From NCBI GenBank assembly GCA_037441765.1, contig JBBIRM010000006.1:1-51824 (forward strand): DNA of 51,824 bases, read 5' to 3'. This document shows positions 36,454 to 44,816 of this stretch, one piece after another. The notes under the pieces are model-generated. The model searched no databases and was not told the DNA's origin. It saw nothing but the letters and a program-made list of their open reading frames with translations. Both the position numbers and the translations under genes were made by a program. This stretch comes from Deltaproteobacteria bacterium (GTDB lineage Bacteria > Desulfobacterota > BSN033 > UBA1163). Each line of letters begins with the position of its first letter. The first letter of the stretch is position 1.

Positions 36454-38310
36454 TTATTGAACAATGATTGCTTCAAATTTGCAGGCCTCATAGCAGGCCC
36501 TGCACTTTATACATTTCTCCATATCGAGGCTGTGGGTTTTCTTTCTCTCACCTGTGATCGCCTCCACAGGACAGGCCTTGAGACATGCCCCACAGCCTGT
36601 GCATTTTTCGGAATCGATTGAAAACGTAATAAGGTCTTTGCAAAATTTTGCTGGGCACCTTTTTTCTTTAATATGTGCATCGTACTCATCCTTGAAATAT
36701 CGAAGGGTTGAAAGGACAGGGTTGGGCGCTGTCATCCCAAGGCCACAGAGGGAGGTATCGACCATGGCCCAGGAGAGGTCTTGGAGAAGTTCGATATCTT
36801 TTTCTTTCCCCCCTCCTTCACAGATTCGGTTGAGGATTTCACCCATCTGTTGAAGGCCTTCCCGGCATGGGGTACACTTTCCGCAGGACTCCTCCTGAAG
36901 AAATTTTACAAAGTACCTGGCCATATCAACCATACAGTTTTCCTCATCCATCACAATCATGCCACCCGAACCCATCATGGAGCCTGCCTCCTGAAGCCGA
37001 TGGAAATCAACCGGGAGATCGAGAAGGCCTTCCGGAATACAGCCTCCTGAAGGCCCTCCTGTCTGTATGGCCTTAAAACGTTTGCCTCCAGGGATTCCTC
37101 CGCCAATCTGATAGACGATCTCACGAAGTGTGATGCCCATGGGGACTTCGACCAGCCCTGTATGATTGATCTTTCCTACGAGTGAGAAGATTTTGGTGCC
37201 TTTTGAGGTTTCTGTTCCAATTGTGTTATACCAGTCTGCCCCTCGATTTATAATGATCGGGACGTTGGCCCATGTCTCCACGTTATTAAGATTGGAGGGT
37301 TGATCCCAGAGACCATGTTCAACCGTATGAATATACTTTGCCCTGGGCTCCCCAACCCTTCCTTCAAGGGAGGCCATCAGAGCGGTCGATTCTCCACAAA
37401 CGAATGCCCCGCCTCCACGGTTGATCTTAATGTTAAAGTTAAATTTAGAGCCCAAAATATTTTTCCCGAGAAGGCAATATTGTTTTGCCTGTTCTATTGC
37501 GGTCCCAAGATGGGTGACCGCAAGTGGGTATTCATTTCGAACATAGACATACCCTTCTTCGGAGCCAATCGCATAGGCACCGATGAGCATCCCTTCTATC
37601 ACGCTATGAGGATTCCCTTCCAAGAGAGAACGATCCATATAGGCCCCAGGATCTCCCTCATCAGCGTTGCAGATGACAAACTTCTCTTTTCCTTTGGCTT
37701 TTCGACAGGCCTCCCATTTTACTCCAGTTGGAAACCCCCCACCTCCTCTTCCCCTTAGGCCAGACCTTTTGATGGTTTCAATCACATCCTCAGGTTTCAT
37801 CTCAGTTAAAACCTTTTCAAGGGCCTGATAACCACCCGTTGCAATATAGTCATCGATGGAGGTGGGATCGATCTCCCCATTCGCTCCAAAGACTAACCTC
37901 TGCTGAAATTTATAGAAAGGAATATCATATTCATGAATAATCCTTTCCTTTGTCTCCGGGTTTTGATAGAGAAGTTCCTCGATGACCTTCCCACCAAGAA
38001 CAGTATCTGTTATGATTTTGTAAACATCCTTTTTTTCAACATTGGTATAGCAGATCATTTCGGGTCGAATGACCACCAAAGGACCTCGCTCACAAAAACC
38101 ATGACACCCGGTTGCTCGAACCTCAACCTCTTCTCCGAGATGTTGATTGAGGATCTCCTTTCTAAACTCTTCAACCACTTCTGAGGCCCCTGTTGCCTGA
38201 CAACCTGTTCCTGAACATATGGTAATGCAGGGTTTATTCTTTTCTCTCGATTTTTGCAGGGATTCGCGGAGAGTCCGAAGATCTGAAATCTTTTTTAGAA
38301 GATAACTCAT
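36454..38310 (-). CDS. nuoF: NuoF/HydB-type FMN/NADH-binding subunit with N-terminal 2Fe-2S and C-terminal 2x4Fe-4S domains
   Basis: GRGGGGFPTG, NADEGDPGAYMDR, GAFVCGE, GGPSGG, ESCGKCTPCREG, CTGCGAC, CIKCRAC. Confidence 0.9.
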   Translation of the reverse strand: MSYLLKKISDLRTLRESLQKSREKNKPCITICSGTGCQATGASEVVEEFRKEILNQHLGEEVEVRATGCHGFCERGPLVVIRPEMICYTNVEKKDVYKIITDTVLGGKVIEELLYQNPETKERIIHEYDIPFYKFQQRLVFGANGEIDPTSIDDYIATGGYQALEKVLTEMKPEDVIETIKRSGLRGRGGGGFPTGVKWEACRKAKGKEKFVICNADEGDPGAYMDRSLLEGNPHSVIEGMLIGAYAIGSEEGYVYVRNEYPLAVTHLGTAIEQAKQYCLLGKNILGSKFNFNIKINRGGGAFVCGESTALMASLEGRVGEPRAKYIHTVEHGLWDQPSNLNNVETWANVPIIINRGADWYNTIGTETSKGTKIFSLVGKINHTGLVEVPMGITLREIVYQIGGGIPGGKRFKAIQTGGPSGGCIPEGLLDLPVDFHRLQEAGSMMGSGGMIVMDEENCMVDMARYFVKFLQEESCGKCTPCREGLQQMGEILNRICEGGGKEKDIELLQDLSWAMVDTSLCGLGMTAPNPVLSTLRYFKDEYDAHIKEKRCPAKFCKDLITFSIDSEKCTGCGACLKACPVEAITGERKKTHSLDMEKCIKCRACYEACKFEAIIVQ

Positions 38311-38331
38311 GGCTCCATTGCTTTAGGTTCT

Positions 38332-38826
38332 TCAAATGCCCGATTCCATAGAATCGCTCAATTTAGAATTTTTACATTTCCTTAGGATGGGATCAATCTT
38401 ACTGGTATTTATTTTTCCATAATATTTTTTGTCAACCACCAGAATTGGTCCTAAGGCACATGCTCCAAGACAGTTGACGCTTTCAAGGGAAAAGGCGAGG
38501 TCCTTAGTTGTCCCTCCACACTTTATGCCCAATCGATTTTCAAGATAGTTAAGAATTCTTCCTCCTCCCCTTACATGACAGGCTGTTCCCAAACAGACCT
38601 GGATCGTGTGCTTTCCCTTTGGTTCGAGAGTGAAGGCCTTATAAAAAGTAGCCACCTCATAGATAGTCGTAATAGGGATATCAAGACTTTTTGAGACCTG
38701 ATCAAGGGCCTTTCGAGGGAGGTAGTTCATCCTCGATTGGATGTCCTGGAGGATTCCAATCAGAGAGGCCTTCTGATAACCATGTCTTTCAATAATCTCA
38801 CAAACCGCCTCTAAGTCCACTGGCAT
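38332..38826 (-). CDS. nuoE: NuoE/HydC-type 2Fe-2S subunit
   Basis: VATFY, VCLGTACH, NCLGAC. Confidence 0.9.
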   Translation of the reverse strand: MPVDLEAVCEIIERHGYQKASLIGILQDIQSRMNYLPRKALDQVSKSLDIPITTIYEVATFYKAFTLEPKGKHTIQVCLGTACHVRGGGRILNYLENRLGIKCGGTTKDLAFSLESVNCLGACALGPILVVDKKYYGKINTSKIDPILRKCKNSKLSDSMESGI

Positions 38827-38859
38827 CTTTGCCTTTATCTTTTCTCCTTTAATTTAATT

Positions 38860-39954
38860 TTAACTGATTCGATTCAGCACCTCAATTCCCTTAAGAAGGG
38901 TCTCTTCGGGAGCAGCAAAGGAGATCCTCACATGGCTTTTCCTTTTAGAAAAGACGCTTCCTGGCACAATGAAGAGATTGTTCTGGATTGCCTTTTCGAC
39001 AAAGAGATCGCCATCTCCCCCTGGGGCCTCTGGGAAGATGTAAAAAGCCCCTTGTGGCTTTTGAACCTGAAATTTCTCTTTTAAGCCTTCATAGATTAGG
39101 TCCCTCTTCTTTCGGTATTCGAGGATGTAATCATCCATAGGATAATCCAGGGCCTTAACCCCAGCCTTTTGAGCAAAGGAACAGACACTGGAGAAAGTGT
39201 ATTGCTGGAGAGTAATCATCTGCTGGATGATCTCCCGGGGACCTGCGACATAACCCAACCTCCATCCTGTCATCGCCCAGGCCTTAGAAAACCCCCCGAA
39301 GGTAATCGTCTTCTCATAGAGTTGACCGATCGTGGGACAAGAAGGGGCATCATAGACGAAGTGGTCATAGATATCATCAGATAGAATGAGAAGATCCCTC
39401 TCGCGTGCAATTCTAATAACCATCTTCAAGTCCTCTAATGGGTAGATTGCACCTGTTGGGTTATTGGGACTATTGATAATAATCAATTTCGTCTTCTTTG
39501 AAATCTTCTGGATCAACTCCTCTTCTCTTAGGCGAAACTCGGGGTAGGTGTCTAAGAAGACAGGAATCCCTCCCATGAGAAGGACCTGATATTCATACAT
39601 CACAAAAAATGGGTCAGGGATTATGACCTCATCCCCAGGATTGATCAGGGCAAGGCTTGCAAGGAGGAGGCCACCTGTCACTCCAGCCGTGACCATCACT
39701 TCCTCAAACTGTATCCCCTTCTTTTTTAGATGTTGTGCAATCTTATCCCTCAATTGAGGGATCCCCTGGGTGGGGGTATATTTGTTAAACCCCTTTCTTA
39801 TCCATTCAATCCCTTCCTCTTTAAGAGGGGAAGGGATGTCAAAATCAGGTTCTCCGATGCTCAGGTTGATAGGGTTTTTCATCTGACGGGCTAAATCGAA
39901 GATACGTCTCACCCCTGAGGGTTTAATGTTCAACAAACGATCAGAAATGATCAT
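38860..39954 (-). CDS. Class I/II PLP-dependent aminotransferase (AspC-like)
   Basis: LSIGEPDF, NSPNNPTG, SDDIY, FSKAWAMTGWRLG. Confidence 0.92.
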   Translation of the reverse strand: MIISDRLLNIKPSGVRRIFDLARQMKNPINLSIGEPDFDIPSPLKEEGIEWIRKGFNKYTPTQGIPQLRDKIAQHLKKKGIQFEEVMVTAGVTGGLLLASLALINPGDEVIIPDPFFVMYEYQVLLMGGIPVFLDTYPEFRLREEELIQKISKKTKLIIINSPNNPTGAIYPLEDLKMVIRIARERDLLILSDDIYDHFVYDAPSCPTIGQLYEKTITFGGFSKAWAMTGWRLGYVAGPREIIQQMITLQQYTFSSVCSFAQKAGVKALDYPMDDYILEYRKKRDLIYEGLKEKFQVQKPQGAFYIFPEAPGGDGDLFVEKAIQNNLFIVPGSVFSKRKSHVRISFAAPEETLLKGIEVLNRIS

Positions 39955-39955
39955 C

Positions 39956-40228
39956 CTATCCCTCCCCTTCTTCTTTACCCTTTTTTGCTTTTTCGATCAG
40001 TTCGAGAATGGTTTCGAGCCTTGTCTTGGTTGGAGGGGCAAGGGCCTTCTCGATTTGATCGATGGAATAATGTTCACCAAGAAATTTTGAAATCTCAATC
40101 CTAAATTCCCAGCAGATAATAATTTTTCTACAGGGAAGTTCATCATTGAGGGTTCGGCAGTAGCGAAAGGGAACCTCGCCTCCTAACATTGGACAGCGGA
40201 TGATATGCTCATCATATTCTTCAATCAT
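39956..40228 (-). CDS. Small Cys-containing hypothetical protein
   Basis: 90 aa with CPMLG..V.F.YCR....LPC..I..CW; adjacent to the aminotransferase start. Confidence 0.7.
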   Translation of the reverse strand: MIEEYDEHIIRCPMLGGEVPFRYCRTLNDELPCRKIIICWEFRIEISKFLGEHYSIDQIEKALAPPTKTRLETILELIEKAKKGKEEGEG

Positions 40229-40256
40229 TTGAGTATTTTGTCACAATTAAGATCAG

Positions 40257-40290
40257 AAAAAAATCCTACGGGCCTTTTGGGCCCGTAGGA
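40257..40290 (-). terminator. Intrinsic terminator after trpB2
   Basis: Minus strand TCCTACGGGCC-CAAAA-GGCCCGTAGGA followed by T7, 10 bp after the stop codon. Confidence 0.85.
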
Positions 40291-40300
40291 CGAGGAGAGT

Positions 40301-41692
40301 TTAAATGGGTTTTCCCTTTTTTACCATCTTGGGTTTTGGCAATCTTTCAATCGCCTGAAGTGATTTCTTCATTTCATCCTCTGGCAGTGGGTAGTTGACC
40401 AGTTTTCCAGTAAAGTAGGAGTCATACCCGCCTAAGTCCATCAAACCATGTCCACTCCAGTTAAGAAGGATGACCTTCTCTTTGCCCTCCTCCTTAGCTT
40501 TTTTGGCCTCCTCAATCACTGTACAAATGGCATGACTTGTTTCTGGTGCAGAGATTTGTCCTTCTGTCCTTGCCCAGAGAACCGCTGCCTCATAGCACTC
40601 TAATTGATTATAGGCCCGAGGTGTGATCAACCCTTCAATGATGAGTTGGCTCAGGAGAGGTGCAATTCCATGGTAGCGGAGTCCTCCAGCGTGGATTGGA
40701 GGTGGAATAAAGGCGTGGCCAAGGCTATGCATTGGAAGGAGAGGGGTTGTTGCAGCGGTATCTCCGAAGTCATAGACAAAGGGTGCACGAGTCATGGTCG
40801 GGCAAGATGTAGGTTCAGCAGGGATAATAGTAATATCCGCTCCGTTGATCTTATCAAGAACAAACGGGAATGCAAGGCCTGCAAAGTTACTTCCACCACC
40901 TGCACACCCGGTTACCACATCGACCTTCTTTTCTCCAAATTTCTCTAACTGTTTCTTCGCCTCCAAACCAATAATGGTCTGATGCATGAGCACATGGTTC
41001 AATACGCTTCCAAGAGAGTATCGGGTGTCTTTGGAGGTGACTGCATCCTCAATGGCTTCACTGATGGCGATACCCAGACTTCCAGGAGAATCAGGGGTTT
41101 GCTCAAGGATCTTTCTGCCTGCATTTGTGTCTTTACTCGGGCTTGGGACACAGTTAGCTCCCCAGACGTTCATCATCAACCGCCTATAGGGTTTTTGGTC
41201 ATAACTTATTCGAACCATATAGACCTTGCATTCTAAGCCAAATAGACAGCAAGCAAAACTGAGAGCACTTCCCCATTGACCTGCACCTGTCTCGGTAGTT
41301 ATCCTTTTTATACCGAAGGCCTTGTTATAGTAGGCCTGAGCCACAGCGGTATTTGGTTTGTGACTTCCTGGAGGGCTTACTCCTTCATTCTTATAATATA
41401 TTCGTGCAGGCGTTCCTAAGGCCTTCTCGAGGGCATGGGCACGATGAAGGGGTGTTGGCCTCCAGATGAGGTATTTTTCCATTACCTCTTGGGGGATATC
41501 GATCCAACGTTGTTGGCTTACCTCCTGTTCAATGAGGTTCATCGGAAAGACAGGGGCAAGATCTTGTGGACCAATGGGCTGGCCTGTTGCAGGATGAATG
41601 GGTGGTTGGAGTGGAGTGGGTAAGTCTGCCTGAATATTATACCACTGCTTTGGAATCTCATCCTCTCTTAAAAAAACTTTATACTCCTTCAT
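40301..41692 (-). CDS. trpB2: Tryptophan synthase beta-like protein, type 2
   Basis: [34 protein letters not shown]; no trpA nearby. Confidence 0.95.
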   Translation of the reverse strand: MKEYKVFLREDEIPKQWYNIQADLPTPLQPPIHPATGQPIGPQDLAPVFPMNLIEQEVSQQRWIDIPQEVMEKYLIWRPTPLHRAHALEKALGTPARIYYKNEGVSPPGSHKPNTAVAQAYYNKAFGIKRITTETGAGQWGSALSFACCLFGLECKVYMVRISYDQKPYRRLMMNVWGANCVPSPSKDTNAGRKILEQTPDSPGSLGIAISEAIEDAVTSKDTRYSLGSVLNHVLMHQTIIGLEAKKQLEKFGEKKVDVVTGCAGGGSNFAGLAFPFVLDKINGADITIIPAEPTSCPTMTRAPFVYDFGDTAATTPLLPMHSLGHAFIPPPIHAGGLRYHGIAPLLSQLIIEGLITPRAYNQLECYEAAVLWARTEGQISAPETSHAICTVIEEAKKAKEEGKEKVILLNWSGHGLMDLGGYDSYFTGKLVNYPLPEDEMKKSLQAIERLPKPKMVKKGKPI

Positions 41693-41855
41693 AATCGCCT
41701 CCTTTTTTTGGGATAATTTTACTTAAGGTGTGGAACTTTTTTATTCACCACCTCCTTTTTTAAAAGAATTTTTTATTATGAATCCCCCCACCTTTGGAAA
41801 AGTAGAATTTCAAATATCAATAATTTTTAGGGTTGTCAAGAGTTAAGTTGGAGAA

Positions 41856-42284
41856 TTACGGTTTCTTTCCTTCGAACTCTTTCCATTTATAGTCAATCAG
41901 TTCGAGTAATACCCCATTCATCTTCTTGGGATGGATGAAGGCAAATTCAGAGTCCCGAAATGGCCTCGCCCCCCCGATAAAGGGGTATCCCTTTGCTTTC
42001 AGTTCCTCTATCGCGGAACGTGTATTGTCCACATTTAGGCTTAGGACCATTATCCCTTCGCCCCTTTTTTCGATAAATTTTGCCACCTCTCCATCCTGGG
42101 TGGTGGACTCCATCAGTTCAAATCCCACCTCTCCCAACCAGTACCTGACAACCTTAATCTTTTCAAGTTCATCCACATAGGTATCATCCGGTTCAATTTT
42201 CCCTAAAACAGGTTCCCAGACCTTTCTTGCCTCCTCAATGTTCTTTACTGCGATACAGATATGATCAATCTTATTCACCTTCAT
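41856..42284 (-). CDS. VOC-family protein, methylmalonyl-CoA epimerase-like
   Basis: IDHICIAV, ELME, KFIEKRGEG, FIHPK..NGVLLEL. Confidence 0.85.
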   Translation of the reverse strand: MKVNKIDHICIAVKNIEEARKVWEPVLGKIEPDDTYVDELEKIKVVRYWLGEVGFELMESTTQDGEVAKFIEKRGEGIMVLSLNVDNTRSAIEELKAKGYPFIGGARPFRDSEFAFIHPKKMNGVLLELIDYKWKEFEGKKP

Positions 42285-42297
42285 CCTGTTCTCCCAT

Positions 42298-43560
42298 TTA
42301 AAGGTTGGTCTGATATTTTTCGTTTAAATAGGCAAAGGCCTCATCGATCGCCCTGGCTGCTATTTCGAGATCCTGATCCGTATGTCTGTAACAAATATAT
42401 CCATGATGGTGAGGGGCGAAGAAGATACCCCTGCGAATCAGTTGAGTGTAAAACTCATCGCGTCTGGCCCGATGAGTTCCGGCTTCATCTCGCTTGAAGG
42501 TAATAAAGAACATGGGTGCAACACCACTTAACTCAGCCCCGACATTATACTTACCCATGATCTCTTGAATTTTTTTTAAGAAACGTCCACCTTTTTCCCA
42601 AATCTTATCAAGGACGTTATCCCGTTTGAGGATTTCAATGGTTTTGAGGGCAGCAATAAAACTGTCACTGTTGGGGAAGAAGGTAGAGGAGATAAAGAGT
42701 TTCTGAGCGGCTGACATCATTACCTCTGCCTTCCCTGTAACAACACTGATCGCATACCCATTGGCCATTCCTTTCCCGAGGACGGTCAGGTCAGGGATGA
42801 CCCCATAAAGTTCCTGCGCCCCACCCATTCTGAGCCTGAAACATGTTCGGACTTCATCAAATATCAATACAGCACCATACTGATGAGCAATCTCTCTTAC
42901 ACCCTCAAGGAACCCAGGCTTAGGCTCCTCCATTTTTTGATGGAGCGGATGACCAAATGGAGTCATAATAATCGCTGCGGTCTGATCGCCATACCGTTTC
43001 ATCAGGTCTCTAAGATGATCCAGGTCATTATAACGGAATTCATAGACGTCTTCGTAGAGTTTTTCAGGAATGCCTCCTTTCATCTCCACACACCAGTCAT
43101 GCCAGCCGTGATAGCCACATCTCATCACCTTGATACGGTTAGTATAGGCCCTTGCAATCCTAATGCTTGCGGTGGTGGCGTCGGAGCCTGTCTTTAAAAA
43201 AATACTCATCTCAGAACTCGGGACAATCTCACGGAGTGTTTTAGCAAGTTCATTCTGATACCTCTGGGTGAGGGTAAAACAGAAACCTTTGTCCCTGATC
43301 TGCCGAATGACCGCTTCATCCACCTCTTCTTCTCGATAGCCGAGGATGATCGGTCCATAGCCACACATAAAATCGATATACTCATTTCCATCCACATCGG
43401 TTAACCTGCAACCCTTTCCATGTTCAAGAAAGATAGGATACTCGCCTTCAATAAAATCGCTCGGTTTTCTTGCTCCCAGAACTCCTCCTGGAACCAATTT
43501 TTTTGCCTCTTCAAAAAGTTCCATGCTCTTTGAGAGGTTCAGCTTTTCAATGTTTCTCAT
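42298..43560 (-). CDS. kat: Class III aminotransferase, closely resembling 3-aminobutyryl-CoA aminotransferase (HemL-like Kat)
   Basis: FDEVRT, GKGMANG; distinctive GYHGWHDWCVE.KGGIP.KLYED, SSTFFPNSD and HHGYICYRHTD segments recalled from Cloacimonas Kat. Confidence 0.75.
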   Translation of the reverse strand: MRNIEKLNLSKSMELFEEAKKLVPGGVLGARKPSDFIEGEYPIFLEHGKGCRLTDVDGNEYIDFMCGYGPIILGYREEEVDEAVIRQIRDKGFCFTLTQRYQNELAKTLREIVPSSEMSIFLKTGSDATTASIRIARAYTNRIKVMRCGYHGWHDWCVEMKGGIPEKLYEDVYEFRYNDLDHLRDLMKRYGDQTAAIIMTPFGHPLHQKMEEPKPGFLEGVREIAHQYGAVLIFDEVRTCFRLRMGGAQELYGVIPDLTVLGKGMANGYAISVVTGKAEVMMSAAQKLFISSTFFPNSDSFIAALKTIEILKRDNVLDKIWEKGGRFLKKIQEIMGKYNVGAELSGVAPMFFITFKRDEAGTHRARRDEFYTQLIRRGIFFAPHHHGYICYRHTDQDLEIAARAIDEAFAYLNEKYQTNL

Positions 43561-43627
43561 AGAGGTTCTCCTAAGTGTTGAGTTGAAATAAGAATTGGAA
43601 ATCTCTTCCCCTCATATCGGGTTCAAA

Positions 43628-44770
43628 CTAAATTGAAAGAATCGATTGGACTGTTTCTGTTTGGTATATTTTGGCTCCTCTTTGTATCAAGGCTGAAAGG
43701 AATTTTCTGGGATTGATACAACCTTCCGGAGCAACGACCCCCTTAACTGTCACCTCGCCTTCATCAAACATCAGTGCTGCAATAGAGGCAGGAAGCCCTG
43801 TACCTGGGGCCATTCTCCCCACGATGTCTGCCGTGTAGGTCACATTGTTTCCTTTTCTCTCACCCCTTACAATCACTTTTAAACCTGATGCAAAAGGTCC
43901 CTTATCCCTATTATTGGGAATAGATTCCCAGAGTTTTAAAGTAAGATCATATGGTACTATTTTGCTCCCTTTTATCTCCACCGGCTCCTTGCTGAGAAAA
44001 CCTGTCTCCTTTTGTTCTTTAATAAGCTGGTCTACCCACGACGGGATGAGTGCCCCCTTGACCACAACCTTTTTCACGTCCTTGATATAACGTGGAATGG
44101 TTAAGGGTTGAGGATGCCCGACGTAGCGAACTACACAGGTACCAAGGGGTTCGAGGAACTGAGCAACCTCTTCTCCAGTCCCACCTTCAACATATTCTAA
44201 CTTCCCATCCAGATATTGGGGGATTTTCCCCAAGGTCATATGAAGGCTGTGATCCCAGGCCGCTCCAGAAAGTTCAGCAATACTGACGACCCAGAATAGA
44301 TCGATCTCATGCACACGGTCCAGTTGGTCAGCATACCACCTCACAATCACATTGTTTGTACCTGGGTCTGATCCCATTCCTGTGAGAACCGTAATTCCTG
44401 ATTCCTTTGCCAATCGATCAATTTCAGAAGTAAAAAGAATCTCCGTGGCCTCATAGTCATCACAAATATCAATATAATTAACCTTCGCTTCAACCGCTGC
44501 CTTGGCCACAGGGACCGCAGTCTTGTAAAATGGACCAGCGCAATTGATGACTATATCAACCTCTTTGAAGGCTTTAATCAGACCCATGTGGTCATATACA
44601 TCAATTCGGCTGAGAGAGATTTTTTCGCTTGCCCGTAACTTCTCCTGCACCCTATTGGGGTCTATATTGATGTCACCAAGAATCACCTTCTTAATTTTTT
44701 CCTGTTTGATCAGATCCCGGGCCACTCCCTGACCCATCCCCCCGGTTCCACCAATTACTATTGCCTGCAT
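43628..44770 (-). CDS. Saccharopine dehydrogenase-family NAD(P)-binding oxidoreductase
   Basis: GGTGGMG, INCAGPF, NYIDICDD, GMGSDPG, GV.APE. Confidence 0.88.
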   Translation of the reverse strand: MQAIVIGGTGGMGQGVARDLIKQEKIKKVILGDINIDPNRVQEKLRASEKISLSRIDVYDHMGLIKAFKEVDIVINCAGPFYKTAVPVAKAAVEAKVNYIDICDDYEATEILFTSEIDRLAKESGITVLTGMGSDPGTNNVIVRWYADQLDRVHEIDLFWVVSIAELSGAAWDHSLHMTLGKIPQYLDGKLEYVEGGTGEEVAQFLEPLGTCVVRYVGHPQPLTIPRYIKDVKKVVVKGALIPSWVDQLIKEQKETGFLSKEPVEIKGSKIVPYDLTLKLWESIPNNRDKGPFASGLKVIVRGERKGNNVTYTADIVGRMAPGTGLPASIAALMFDEGEVTVKGVVAPEGCINPRKFLSALIQRGAKIYQTETVQSILSI

Positions 44771-44816
44771 TGGATTCCTCCTCTGGATAGATAATTTTTT
44801 CTCCTCCCACTCTTAA

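Noticed and set aside
35097-38826. Respiratory complex I or [FeFe]-hydrogenase
   Set aside because: No membrane nuo genes and no H-cluster domain are present.
42298-43560. hemL (glutamate-1-semialdehyde aminomutase) belonging with the hem genes
   Set aside because: Lacks the PGGVNSP signature (reads PGGVLGAR), matches Kat-like segments and lies far from hemEHY.
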